From the NCBI RefSeq assembly GCF_001194135.2, contig NC_068984.1:73180238-73244237 (forward strand): a stretch of 64,000 nucleotides of DNA, in the 5' to 3' direction. Shown piece after piece: positions 27,461 through 39,893 of the stretch. Each line of letters begins with the position of its first letter. The first letter of the stretch is position 1. This stretch comes from Octopus bimaculoides. Its lineage: Eukaryota. The position numbers and the translations under genes are program-made. The notes under the pieces are model-generated. The model did not search any database. It worked only from the letters and a program-made list of their open reading frames with translations, and was not told the origin of the DNA.

Positions 27461-27869
27461 TTTCATTCTACTTCGCTCTCCTATTCGCAATGTTTTGGTG
27501 GGTCAAAGATAGAAGAGACAATATTGCCTGCATGTCTATAGACATTTAATAAATTACCTGAAGCGTTTCAGTATTTACCAGCTTGTACTAACTATATATA
27601 TTAATAATGATGTGTGTGAAAAATAAATGTGAAAAATATTCATTTAATCGTCTAGTCTTGATAATTATAAAGGTTTTCTCTTAATTTGAAAAAAAATTAG
27701 TAAAACAGAAGCGTCGAGAATTAAATCGCTCATGAAAATGAGATCATTCTTGGAACGTGCGAAAATTGTTTTGTGAAGAAGAAACCCACACATCCAAATA
27801 TTGGAACCTCAATAAATGCATTAAAACATAAATTCTCATGTTCTCCAGCTTATTAGATAACTATCAATC

Positions 27870-28420
27870 ACAGCGTGTCTGCGACTTTCTCTGCCGTTTG
27901 CTCTCTTGAACATTCTAAGCTTTGGAGAAGTGTACCGCATCATAAAAATACGATCAGAGTTTATACTCTGTCACCAGATCAGAAGAAAGAACGTATCTTC
28001 ATAAGGTTCAATTGCTTCCACCAGATCAGACTCGATTTCTACAATTCTCCCCATGAAATTGCACGAACTTTTGATACCTAAATCTTCTACCACATGTAAT
28101 GCATTGTAACTACAATCCATTTGCACAGCAAACCCAATGCTGGTGACTAGTCTGTCTGCGTGAATCAATTCGTCCATTTACTATTCATTCTTGTCAGTGG
28201 CTGAGGTTAATGTTTTTTCACTTCATGATTTGTCTTCTTTAGACTTCTTCCTGAACCTATGCACGCTATTCTAGTCACTGGTAACGTTTCCGTAAACAAC
28301 TGTACCCATCTCTCTCTGTATCAGACAGCCTGCAACCATCATTTTTAAAGAACTAAATACCGGTAAGTTAGTTCAGCCTGAGTCTTAATATTCGTCTGCA
28401 ACAAAGACGAAGACAAGAAA
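27870..28420 (-). mobile_element. Mariner transposase N-terminal fragment (degenerate)
   Basis: Minus-strand ...MVQLFTETL..., DELIHADRLVT...LHVVEDLGIK, matching the mariner HTH region (cf. VDELIRADRRVT..IVEDLGY). Confidence 0.65.
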
Positions 28421-28616
28421 AGTATCTATAGGGGAAGAATTATTCTACCAACACATGCAGTTTCCATTATCAATATCAGTTAATAAAAAAGTTCTCCTCG
28501 GTTATACATTAGTTATATACACACACACACACACACACACAAACATACACACTAGTTTTTATGTATGCATGCATATGTGTGTGTGTATGTGTGTGTGTGC
28601 GTGTGTGTGTGTATGT

Positions 28617-28647
<31 letters not shown>

Positions 28648-28763
28648 CAACCCCATATGTACGTGTGCGAGTATGTATTCAAATACATGTTCAGATACGT
28701 GCTGTACATGTATCTGAACATACACACGCACCCACACACGCACACACACACAGACACACACAC

Positions 28764-28797
<34 letters not shown>

Positions 28798-28799
28798 CA

Positions 28800-29258
28800 T
28801 GGCCATTCATACTAAAAGGAGTACTGATGGAATGTCCCAGTGAAGACCTCAATAAAATGTTAACACAACAGACCTGATATAACGATTTGGGATAGAGAAG
28901 AGAAACCAGCGGGTGTTAACATAAAACTGAAGATCAGTGAAAAAGAGAATATCTATGCTGGACTATTGAGAAATCTGCAGTTACTTTATCCAGGTTACAA
29001 ATTCAGGTTTATACCTGTAATTATTGCAGCCTTAGGATATGTAACACACTGCCTAAATACCAATCTTGAGGAATTAAGCTTCTCAAAACCAGAAAAGAGA
29101 AATCTAATTTAAAGATTACAGATCCAATCCATCACTGGAACTGTAAAAATACTAAAACTTTCCATAAGTGTATCATTTAGATCTATATCAGCATGTCTTG
29201 ATATGCATCTATATCCATGAGAATACATACGTAAAACAAAACATACAAATCTGAACAT

Positions 29259-29297
<39 letters not shown>

Positions 29298-29470
29298 CGT
29301 ACATACATACATACACACACACATACATACATACATACGTACATACATACATACATACATATAAAAATACCCTGTTGTTGAAGTTGAAATTCCAGTGAAG
29401 GAGCTTTGTATCTAGGTTAGAAACCGGCTCTTTCTCTTTTGGCTAGAAATCTTGAAATAAGACTGAACAA
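28800..29470 (+). mobile_element. REL-type LINE 3' end, second family
   Basis: WNVPVKTSIKC.HNRPDITIWDREEK...EKENIYAGLLRNLQLLYPGYKFRFIPVIIAALGYV...RLQIQSITGTVKI. The UTR (gaaattccagtgaaggagctttgtatctaggttagaaaccggctcttt) recurs inverted at 33900-34030. Confidence 0.85.
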
Positions 29471-31340
29471 TGACATACATACATAGATACATACATACAT
29501 ACACATCTGTATACTTATTATATACATACATATAGATGCTGATATTTTTGTCGTTGATAAATCTCATCAAGCTTACATTAATGTTTACCTTCCGTATAAT
29601 ACCATATTCGTATTTGAAACAAGTGAAGGAAGTTGCACTAGACTGCTACAAGCCAGAAAGAAATTTATTGTCTTCCTTAAACATAAATGCAAAGTCTACT
29701 CATACATAATATTTAATGAAGCACTTTTGAAAACAGCTGCTTGCGTATATGAAAAGCAGTAGGAAACAAACGGAAATTATGAATAGCCAATTGAATACCA
29801 CTGTTATAATTCGACCGTATATATATATATATATNNNNNNNNNNNNNNNNNNNNNNNNNNNNNNNNNNNNNNNNNNNNNNNNNNNNNNNNNNNNNNNNNN
29901 NNNNNNNNNNNNNNNNNNNNNNNNNNNNNNNNNNNNNNNNNNNNNNNNNNNNNNNNNNNNNNNNNNNNNNNNNNNNNNNNNNNNNNNNNNNNNNNNNNNN
30001 NNNNNNNNNNNNNNNNNNNNNNNNNNNNNNNNNNNNNNNNNNNNNNNNNNNNNNNNNNNNNNNNNNNNNNNNNNNNNNNNNNNNNNNNNNNNNNNNNNNN
30101 NNNNNNNNNNNNNNNNNNNNNNNNNNNNNNNNNNNNNNNNNNNNNNNNNNNNNNNNNNNNNNNNNNNNNNNNNNNNNNNNNNNNNNNNNNNNNNNNNNNN
30201 NNNNNNNNNNNNNNNNNNNNNNNNNNNNNNNNNNNNNNNNNNNNNNNNNNNNNNNNNNNNNNNNNNNNNNNNNNNNNNNNNNNNNNNNNNNNNNNNNNNN
30301 NNNNNNNNNNNNNNNNNNNNNNNNNNNNNNNNNNNNNNNNNNNNNNNNNNNNNNNNNNNNNNNNNNNNNNNNNNNNNNNNNNNNNNNNNNNNNNNNNNNN
30401 NNNNNNNNNNNNNNNNNNNNNNNNNNNNNNNNNNNNNNNNNNNNNNNNNNNNNNNNNNNNNNNNNNNNNNNNNNNNNNNNNNNNNNNNNNNNNNNNNNNN
30501 NNNNNNNNNNNNNNNNNNNNNNNNNNNNNNNNNNNNNNNNNNNNNNNNNNNNNNNNNNNNNNNNNNNNNNNNNNNNNNNNNNNNNNNNNNNNNNNNNNNN
30601 NNNNNNNNNNNNNNNNNNNNNNNNNNNNNNNNNNNNNNNNNNNNNNNNNNNNNNNNNNNNNNNNNNNNNNNNNNNNNNNNNNNNNNNNNNNNNNNNNNNN
30701 NNNNNNNNNNNNNNNNNNNNNNNNNNNNNNNNNNNNNNNNNNNNNNNNNNNNNNNNNNNNNNNNNNNNNNNNNNNNNNNNNNNNNNNNNNNNNNNNNNNN
30801 NNNNNNNNNNNNNNNNNNNNNNNNNNNNNATATATATATATATATATATATACATACATACATAAATACATACATACATACATATATCCACACACATACA
30901 CGCACAAGAACATACGCTTTCGATGTAACTATTTAATGAATTACACATGCTCACAAACGTGCAAACACACAGTCACATATTCATATGTATACATGCACAT
31001 ATATATATATTTTCGTATGCTTTGCACAACTGCATACTTCACAAGCTTTTCCTTAATAACTCTCATCCGTCTTGCTAATTGGAACCTTGTATTTGTTATC
31101 CAACTTTCATTCTATTATGTTTTTCTTTTGCCTCCTCTTCGCTGTAGTACACAAAAGTATCTCTCCTTCACTATTATTTGTCACGCCAATTCCCCTTTCA
31201 CTAAGCCTATCTCACATTTTTAAAAATACCCAACAAGTGTCATCTCTTTCTTATCCGCCCACCACTTTTCTCATACTCTCTCCTTTTCCCCTGGTTTACT
31301 GTAAGATTATTATAAGTATTAATATTCTGCCACATTAAAA

Positions 31341-31545
31341 CAACGAGCTGGCAGAAACGTTAGCATTCCGGGCAAAATGCTTAGTGGATTTTCGCTCCTC
31401 TTTACGGTCTGAGTTCAAATTCCGCCGAGGTCGGCTTTGCCTTTCATCCTTTCGGATTCGACTAAAATAAGTTCTAATTGATTATTGTTGTAATTGACTT
31501 GACCTCTCCCTTAAAATTTTAAGCTTTGTACCAAAATTTGAAACC
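31341..31545 (+). mobile_element. tRNA-derived SINE, near full length
   Basis: gagctggcagaaacgttag head, ctgagttcaaattccgccgaggtcggctttgcctttcatcctttcgg core and aaatttgaaaccaat tail. Imperfect TSD aatattctgc/aatactctgc. Confidence 0.85.
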
Positions 31546-31599
31546 AATACTCTGCTGCTTATTACTCCACACCACGTCTTTTTCTGTCTGTCATCTCTC

Positions 31600-32110
31600 C
31601 TCTCCCCTACTAAACCTAATTCCTGTATAATTTGTCGATCCCGACCCTGTCCAACTCTCTGTAGTTGTCACGAATACTTGCTTCTTTCTTTCCCTCTCTG
31701 CTTATCATACCTCAGGTTCATCATTATATTCAGCCTCTCAGCCATCATTTGTTTCGAACCACTTCTCACTCGCCCAAACACTCTTACAACCACTATCCGC
31801 CTACACTTCCTATCCTTCTGTCACCTCTCCTATTCTACTCGTATCTTGAGTGTACATACACCATGACACCTCATCACCAGTATCTTGATCTCTTTCCAGC
31901 TCCAACGCGAACCTTCTTTGACTCTTCTAAATCTGAAGAACAGTTTAGCTCCGCTACAGCAAGACGTATCTTCTGTTAAGGTTTCTTGTCGCAGACGTTC
32001 ACCTCCCATCTGATACCATAGAGTTGTTCCACTCTCTGCTGTAGCCTCACTAGTTTTCCATGCCCCATGGTAACCTCTCTGTGGCCGGAACCGTAAAAGA
32101 AAGCTATCCA
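31600..32110 (-). mobile_element. Possible degenerate LINE ORF2 fragment
   Basis: Purine-rich minus strand and GC content like the other L1/Tx1 relics. No clean motif. Confidence 0.25.
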
Positions 32111-33071
32111 TACACGCTATAGTTAGACTTATGAAGAGCGTCCTTGGAGCATGGTGCAGTATTCTGACATGTCGGATCCTGTCAGACCCACTAACTGAGC
32201 TTCAAACACAGACGTTAAACATATGATGATGACCAGCTAAGTCATCATCGAAAGTAAATTTTGACTTGACAAAGTCTCTATTGACATAAGATCTTGATTG
32301 GGTATGTGTATTTGAGTGGATTAATAATCAAGTTGTGGGGTGGGTTTCAATGGAGAGGTGTTTGGGAGAAAATGTTATTGATTAAATTTTAGATTGTTAT
32401 TGTTTAGAATTTATTCATGCATGAAGATCAGTGTAAGCAGGTTTATACATTTAGGTGTGTACGCTTCAGGCTGTGGGATTGTTTTTAGTGATTCACATAA
32501 AGGATGTAGGTAGATATAGGAAGATTTTCCATGGGGGGATGTGCTAGTAGTTTTATTTACTTTTGGTTTTATTGGATATAATCTTTTGCTTCAACATATT
32601 AATGGTCAAATGTTCTAAGTTTAGTCCAATATTCAAAAACTTAAACCTGGGCGTGCAAACATTTTTGTAGAATAACTTTTTAACGTTTTACAAAAGAATG
32701 TAAACAGGTGATCTGTTTTAACTGGTCAGTTTCTTTACTTTTTGTAGTTGTTGTTTAAGCTAGTTCTTGATTGTATTTGGAAGGTGGGGTTAGTAATCAG
32801 ACATGTCATGGCGTTGTTAGTATAGTAATGTGTTTATTTTGTATTTTGAAATTCAAAGAAGGCCGTGGGTTGGTTTAACACTTGCTTGTCAAAATGCTTC
32901 TATCTTCAATGCATCGCAGTCCGACTATAGCTTAGCAGACCGAAACTTTGAATTCATTAATAATACTAATCTTGATTAAGAATAATAATTTTGTACTCTA
33001 CAGAAGTACAGTATAATCCTTCAGATTAATCTAAACCTGTTTTTATTATAACTCGTCATAAATAAAAAACA

Positions 33072-33110
<39 letters not shown>

Positions 33111-33148
33111 TGGAAATGTAAAAATAAAAACAAAACACAAAGGATTCT

Positions 33149-33228
33149 GCGGTACACGTGTTTCAAGCTTTATAGTTGTTGTATCATTATTGGTATATAA
33201 TTGATAGTATAAAGCTATCTTCAGCCGC
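33149..33228 (-). ncRNA. Type-I hammerhead ribozyme motif, family B
   Basis: GCGG-CTGAAGA-T-AGCTTTATA...TATAAAGCT-T-GAAA-CACGT-GTA-CCGC: stem I GCGG/CCGC (extendable), 9-bp stem II, palindromic stem III ACACGTGT, GUA cleavage triplet. Confidence 0.75.
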
Positions 33229-33554
33229 AAATGTATTCTTTCCCAAGAATTATATCACAAAGAAAAGGTTAAAGGAGGGAGAAACATGAGAGATAAAAGG
33301 TGAGATTCCACTTGATATTGTTCATTGTAACATACCTCGTAGAATCTTTAATTTGATATATTTACAATTCAGTGAATTGTGGCACAGTATGGACGGATTC
33401 CGGAGTACCGAGGAACTTTTGTGTAAATATATCAAATTAAAAATTCTACGAGGTATGTTACAATGGACAATACCAAGTGGAATCTCACCTTTTATCTCTC
33501 GTTTCTCCCTCCTTTAACTTCTTTGTGATATAATTCTTGGGAAAGAATACATTT

Positions 33555-33634
33555 ACGGCTGAAGATAGCTTTATACTATCAATTATATACCAATAATGAT
33601 GCAAACACTAAAAAGCTCGAAACACGTGTACCGC
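33555..33634 (+). ncRNA. Type-I hammerhead ribozyme motif, family B
   Basis: CTGAAGA 33559-33565, AGCTTT/AAAGCT stem II, GAAA 33619-33622, palindrome ACACGTGT 33622-33629, GUA 33628-33630, stem I CGG/CCG. Confidence 0.72.
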
Positions 33635-33782
33635 AGAATCCTTCGTGTTTTGTTTTTGTTTTTACATTTCCAATTTATTCCTTCACCCCGGCCACGATCT
33701 GGCATACACAGGTGCTTACAATTATCAAGTATTACCTCTAACATTTACTTTACCTACGTGATTCACGTTGTCCTTCTGATTG

Positions 33783-33821
<39 letters not shown>

Positions 33822-33899
33822 CATATGTGATATATGACATATTATACACATAATATAGGTATGTGTATATATATATATAATATACACACGCAACAATAT

Positions 33900-34030
33900 T
33901 AAGTTTTATTTCAAGATATCTTGCTAATAGAGAAAGAGCCGGTTTCTAATGTCTAACCTAGATCCAAGGTTCCTTCATTGGAATTTCAACATCAACAACA
34001 AGGTATTTTCTCAGGGAAATTCCACCAGTA
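33900..34030 (-). mobile_element. 3' UTR remnant of the second REL-LINE family
   Basis: Reverse complement of 29385-29465 (aaagagccggtttcta...aacctagat...ggaatttcaac). Confidence 0.75.
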
Positions 34031-34138
34031 GTCATTATTATTATGAGTGGCTATGGCTTCTACCATATGTGGGTCTTATTTCTTTGTCCTCAGAGTTATC
34101 CTTCCGACGAATTTCATTATATAGTGTCCTACCTGCAA

Positions 34139-34218
34139 CATGTATGTATATATGCATGTATGTATATATGCATGTATGTATATATGCATGTATGTATATA
34201 TGCATGTATGTATATATG
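34139..34218. repeat. 16-bp minisatellite (catgtatgtatatatg) x5
   Basis: Five perfect tandem copies. Confidence 0.95.
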
Positions 34219-34249
34219 TGTATATAGACACATACAGGCACAGGTACTT

Positions 34250-34450
34250 TTTAGTTTCAAGTTATGTCTGCTCCATTGCCCCTATGATAGCGGTTTTCAA
34301 ACTGTATCCATCATATCTTTTCGTATATCAAGAACGACATTGTCCAGTGAGTCCTCTCGTTTAAACATTTCTCGCTTTAAAAATTTCGTGCTTCTTTTAG
34401 CTTCAAAGTGCAATACTTTACAGGGCCTCCAGATCGTCTGGAACAACTAG
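34250..34450 (-). mobile_element. Possible CR1-type LINE C-terminal relic
   Basis: Minus strand ends ...SRHNLKLK (cf. CR1 TRGHNLKL). Otherwise very decayed. Confidence 0.3.
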
Positions 34451-35296
34451 TTATTTTGTGACTTTGGATATAGATAGGTAGATAGGATTGTGGACATTCT
34501 GATTAGATATGGACTGTGGGTAAGAATAAGCTTAATGGAGGGAGCAGAGTTGTTAGCGGGTTTGAAACATAGTAGCAATGTATTACACTGTGTAACAAAA
34601 TATGTATTTATTTTTGTTTTTAGTCAGAAAGTGTTATTTCCTATTTGCTTTTATCTAGAAATCAAAATAAATGACTACTATTCGCTTCAAACTTTGTTTT
34701 TGTGCCCTCGACATCGTTGTTTTGAAACTTACCTATTTTCCATTACATTTCAGACAGATTCAGCGCTGAGTTCCTGAAGTAGACATATCGTTATAACAAA
34801 ATATTCTGCTCAGTAGCACTGATTTGCTTGTAATTTGCTAGACTATAACAAATTGAGCAGGTTCCTTAATGACTGACAAAATGTACATCTCTGATCATTA
34901 TCAGAAGTAGCGGGGGAGCAAGATAGCCATGTGTTGAGACGGATTCTTTGGGATTTGAATAAATGTAACAAGAGAAAAGTTTGAAGGAAATATTATCCCT
35001 TTTTCATTCTTTGCAGCAAGGACAAAAATCGGTTTACAGACCACTGAGTTAATCATTTCCTTGGACCCTATTACATTTATTTATGACAGCACTGGTAATG
35101 AATCATAGTTTCAGTAACGTTGTGGAGAAAATATGAGGTGTGCAGGTAGCTAATGGGAAATAGTGTTTATTTACTTTCAATGTTGTTTTTATAAATATTT
35201 TTTTATATTTTTAAATATGTTATATTTTGTGAATGTTTATTTAAAGATTTGCTGTTACTATTTTTAAAAATTAATTTGTTTATAATTGTATTTAAT

Positions 35297-35658
35297 CTGC
35301 TGGCGGATCGTTACAGATATTTTGGAATTAACAGATTTCATTTTAAACATTATTTTGTCTCTGTTATATTTCGTATTGTAAATATTTTACATTCATGCAC
35401 ACATACACAAACACGCAAAAAAAGTATATATACATGTTTATACATACATATGTAAACATGTACACACACATATACACACTTATATATATATATGTATATA
35501 TGTATGCGTTCATAAGCATGTATGTATATACTTGTTTTACGTGTTTGTGTATGTGTGCATGAATATAAAATATCTAGATTACGAAATATAACAGAGCCGA
35601 AATAATGTTTAAAATGAAATCTGTTAATTCCAAAATATCTGTAACGATCCGCCAGCAG
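35297..35658. mobile_element. Foldback MITE-like element with ~140-bp inverted arms
   Basis: 35297-35436 is the reverse complement of 35517-35658 (ctgctggcggatcgttacagatattttggaattaacagatttcattttaaacatt). The centre is an 80-bp TA/CA-rich spacer. Confidence 0.8.
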
Positions 35659-36576
35659 GTATACATGCAATACAACATATGATCATATAATACACTCATC
35701 TATATATATAGTACATGTACACAAAATAAGCCTTTACGTTGGGGATTCTCATATGTTTGTGTGTTTTCCATATAAATTGCATCTAATATCTGCCCAAAGT
35801 CTTTCAGTGATCATTCATATTCAAAGTTCAAATCCAACCAAAAGACTGTAATGTCATTATTTCCACTATAAAATAAACCAATAAAAGCACATTACTGTTT
35901 ATTCCTATGAGGACAAGACCTTTCTCCTTTTCAAAGCTTTCATTCGTGTATGCAGGTACACATAAAACAATATGCATATAAATGCATTGTTCTATGCTTA
36001 TTCGCTTACAAAGTCATGTATACGAGTACCATTCAACTACTGTAGTGGTTGAATAATATTCTTAAGGCAGCAATTTACTCACACGCAGCAGCCTTCAGAG
36101 ATGTCGGTAAATCACTTCTTAACCAAATTGACTGGCCCCTAGCTACATTTTGGCATAAAAAATTGAGATCTGATCCAGTAGGAAAAAGTTCACATTAAAA
36201 TTTGTAGCAACGTTATAGGAGAGTAAGTAACGCCACCAATCAAGTTTAGATCTAAATAACTTTTTTTAATTTTTAAAGCAAAATATATTTATCTTAGCTT
36301 CAATGATAGAAGAAAGCATAAGGAATTTCACAGGTTTGTTCCAATGCAAGAAAGAATTTGTATCAAAAGTTGAGGTAAAACATCATGAAAAAATATAAGG
36401 CAAAAAACTGGATTTGAGTATAATTAACATTTTACTTTAAAGGCAAACTATATTTTAATGAAGCTTAAATGACAGGGCTCAATTCGAGGGATTTCATGGT
36501 ATCAATCTCATGCAAGGAAGTTTTAAAAGAAAAAAGTTGAGTGCTTGTTTCACAAAATTTGAGGGTGATAATATAG

Positions 36577-36641
36577 ATCTATTCTTTTTTATAAATACAA
36601 TTCTGAGGGGACTTTTAATATATGTCACCGGTTTCATTGAG
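36577..36641 (+). CDS. Candidate exon 1 of a hypothetical membrane-protein gene
   Basis: AG acceptor (36575-76, or alternative 36606-07) and GAG|gtaagg donor. Encodes hydrophobic LFFFINTILRGLLIYVTGFIE and ends in phase 0. Confidence 0.25.
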
Positions 36642-37399
36642 GTAAGGAAAAATTTATCAACGGCACTGTTAATTGACACATTTGACACACTATTAATTAG
36701 CATAATAGCATAGCTTGCGAAAAACATGGATTACATTAAAAAATACGAGCAAGAGAAATAATATTCTTAAGATTATAAACTTGGAAAATTACAGGGCAAA
36801 TCATTTATATTTGGCAAAGTGCAGGATAACTTGTTACACCTGGTAAAGTACAGAACAAGAAAATTTTTACTTAGCAGTTGAGAAAAAAATTATTCGTTCT
36901 ACAGTTGCGGATGTTTGCGTAAGTTCGTGCATATTTTTGTAAGTGATTATATGTAAAATCGTGTGGTTAGGGAAGCCGGTGGTGTTGGGTTCTTGAATAA
37001 AACACTTCATTTCATGTTACCTCGGTACACTCAACTGTAAAGAGGTAACCCTGCGATGGAGTGACGTTCCATTGACGAGCAATGCTGATGCGGCTACCTA
37101 GTCAGCAGGGTAGTATCACTCGAAAACCTATAACGATAACCAGTGTGACCAGTGATGTATAACAACATACGACAATTTGATTGATATAGTGAAACAGTGA
37201 TGCTTGTATGCATGTATGTATGTATGTATGTATGTATGTATGTATGTATGTATGTATGTACAGTCTTATTGTGCTCTGCTTGATTTCTAGCAACTCTGCT
37301 TTGTCACAAAGCAAGCTCGGTGAGAGTATTGGTTTAGTCGGTGACGGTTCAACTATATATCAGTTGACTAAACCGGCATCCTTAACGTTACCAGGAACA

Positions 37400-37604
37400 T
37401 TGGTTGCAAAATGTTGGCCCAAGGCCAGTAATTTCAGGGTAAAGGGTAAGTCGATTACATCGACCCCAGTGATCAACTACTAGTTATTTTATCGAACCCG
37501 AAACGATGAAAAGCCAAGTTGATCTCGGCGGAATTTGACCACGGAACGAAAAGATGGACGAAATGCCGCTAGACCTTTTGCCTGGCGTGCTAACAATTAT
37601 ACCG
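37400..37604 (-). mobile_element. tRNA-derived SINE
   Basis: Reverse complement of the SINE consensus seen at 50028 and 62381 (gtcgattacatcgaccccagt, gatgaaaagccaagttgatctcggcggaatttga). Confidence 0.85.
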
Positions 37605-37838
37605 AAGTGACCAGAAACATTACGCAACAATTAACATTAAGGATAGCATCTTCAAAATCACATTTTAATTCAAAACCCTGTGTCAGGTCAAACTAAATAT
37701 ATTCTTTACATTTTTCCCCCTTTGTGATGAGTCAATGTGTGATCTGTTTCTTTGTTGTTTAGCTTAAGTTCGATATTGATGTAATAGAGCTGTCTTCAAT
37801 AGCTTTCCAACCATAACCATTATCATCACCTCTTTCAG

Positions 37839-37888
37839 CGATGTATACAAGACCAAATTATTCAGTACGTCCTACTTTGTTTAAGACG
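37839..37888 (+). CDS. Candidate exon 2 (50 bp)
   Basis: Acceptor catcacctctttcag and donor ACG|gtatgg. Frame RCIQDQIIQYVLLCLR(R), phase 0 to 2. Confidence 0.3.
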
Positions 37889-39469
37889 GTATGGTTTAAA
37901 ATGACGGACATTTGGATTCTATTTCTAGTAAGTCGAGTGCCACTAGAGGCTCTTTCGCTGGCATGTTACGATGCTTTTCGTTTGCATGTTGAAAGTTATT
38001 ACAGTTGCGTCAGACATATATGTTATAACGCCCGATTTTCTGCTATCTATAATTCTAAAGACTTACAGCATTTTCCTCGAGAAAAGAAAAACAAACAAAA
38101 GCAATATTTTGATATTCATGTATGAAAGTCAATGAATAAATAATGAAGACATTGTATAAAAGATTTTACCCCAGTAAAGTAACAGCATTCAGCAGCTTAG
38201 CAAATGAATCATGTAACACTGCATTCAAATTTGACTATGTATATATTTTTATGCAATGAAAGAGAAGATTATATATTACCATAGATATATTAAAGCTTCA
38301 TATTTACATCCTTCTCTATATTTTCTTTTTTAGTTTTCCATTTGCTCTATTCCATTTTGTCGTTCTAACGAACCTGTTTGAATTAATATATCTTTTGTTT
38401 TAGACTTGTTTTTATTACAATTGTTGTTAGACTTGCATCATTATAGCCATCATCAACATCATCACTGTCCTCGTTGTCATCGTCGTCGCTGTCGTTGTCG
38501 TCGTCATCGTCGTTTTGTCGCCACCATCATCATCGGTGTTCTTCACGAGTGTATATATTTGCATTTGTAACTAAGTTTATATATGTGCGAATTCGTTTGT
38601 TTCAAAGTGTTTTATAAACATCGGTGACGTAAGATGAAATTGTCATTTATATTTATGAATTCACAAAAGGCAAGCAGATGATATGTTATCGGTTTCTCAT
38701 TGTAAGTAATGGTGTCCGTATTATTAAAACTTTCGGAAAGAAAAATTGATTTTCTTATTATCAATAACGTAGTTTTATAAGTTGTAGATCTACGAAGAAG
38801 CTTTCAGGCGAGTATAGAGAACTAACAGAATTCTGTTATCAAGTTCGCTTCCAATCACTGCAATAAATTTATTTACACAGCTGACACCATTAAGAATGTG
38901 ACAAATGAGACTTCATCAAAATCCTCCATTCTCGTGGTTCTTGATATACCGCTCCTTGCGTTTAGTAAAAATGAGGTCAATACTTTCAGAACTACTAGTA
39001 AACCCATTCGAGTAATCCGTATTGTTTTCACGTTATCTCATAGGTTATGCTCAAATCACTACACCTTTTGCTTACTTCACAGAACAACGGTCATTTTTTT
39101 AATTGCAGTGCTGCCCATGAATTTGTCAGCTACGTTAGCTTGTAATTGAAAAGGAAAATTTACTGTGTCAGTATGAGCGGTCTTGGATGAGCTGTAAACC
39201 TATAGTTAAGGTTTTTTTTCTGCAGGCCTGATAAATAGAAGGACTTATAAAATAAAAGAAAAGAATCCAATAGTAATTTGATATAAGTTTCAATCAACGA
39301 TTGAACAATTTCGAAACTATATTTCTATTTTCCCGAGGAATGTTATCAATGGTGCATTGCGTCTTAATAATGACAGCATTCTATATTCATCTACACTGAT
39401 CCTAGTTAAGATATAAATATTTGTAAATATTTTCACACTATTCTAGTACGGCCTCAAAACGGTGATTTT

Positions 39470-39651
39470 GTACGTTATTTACAATTGACGGATATTTGTC
39501 CTCATCTTGTTTGTTGTTAATACAACGTTTCGGTTGATATACTCTCCAGCCTTCATCAGGTGTCTTGGGAAATTTTGAACCTGGGTTCTCATTCCTAAGG
39601 TATTTTTCGATGTTGTTGTTATTATTATTATTATTATTACTATTATTATTA

Positions 39652-39726
<75 letters not shown>

Positions 39727-39740
39727 CCACTGCCCATGGG
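39470..39740 (-). mobile_element. 5'-truncated inverted copy of the hammerhead SINE-like element (family A)
   Basis: Minus strand reads gggcagtggcctg-(AAT)n-aacatcgaaaaataccttagg...hammerhead, mirroring 39800-40050. Confidence 0.88.
39519..39564 (-). ncRNA. Minimal hammerhead ribozyme motif, family A
   Basis: gacac-CTGATGA-a-ggctg-gagagtatat-caacc-GAAA-cgtt-gtatt, with one mismatch each in stems I and II. Confidence 0.65.
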
Positions 39741-39808
39741 CATATGGCGTTGTGGTTAAGAGCGCGGGATACTAACCCCAAGATTCCGAATTCGATTCCA
39801 GGCAGTGA

Positions 39809-39893
<85 letters not shown>

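Larger units (their letters stand above)
33107..33676. repeat. ~570-bp foldback (arms 33107-33366 and 33422-33676, 55-bp spacer), probably inverted Penelope pseudo-LTRs
   Basis: The arms are high-identity reverse complements (gagattccacttg/caagtggaatctc; cccaagaattatatcacaaag/ctttgtgatataattcttggg). Each arm carries a hammerhead motif. Confidence 0.92.

Noticed and set aside
28326-28361. Well-formed plus-strand exon candidate (tctgtatcag...ACCG|gtaagt)
   Set aside because: It lies within the antisense of a mariner transposase remnant, which shows that good-looking splice pairs arise by chance here.
32900-32955. ccgaaac and ttgaagatag motifs near the foldback
   Set aside because: The hammerhead core elements are on opposite strands or in the wrong order, with no stems.
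34729-34775. Minus-strand exon candidate with strong gtaagt donor
   Set aside because: All three frames contain stops.
38881-39149. ORF DTIKNVTNETSSKSSILVVLDIPLLAF... as an exon
   Set aside because: The donor is weak, the phase does not fit the neighbouring candidate exons, and no homology is recognised.
39738-39810. tRNA gene
   Set aside because: It has A/B boxes but no proper acceptor or T stem pairing and runs into (AAT)n. It is a SINE head.
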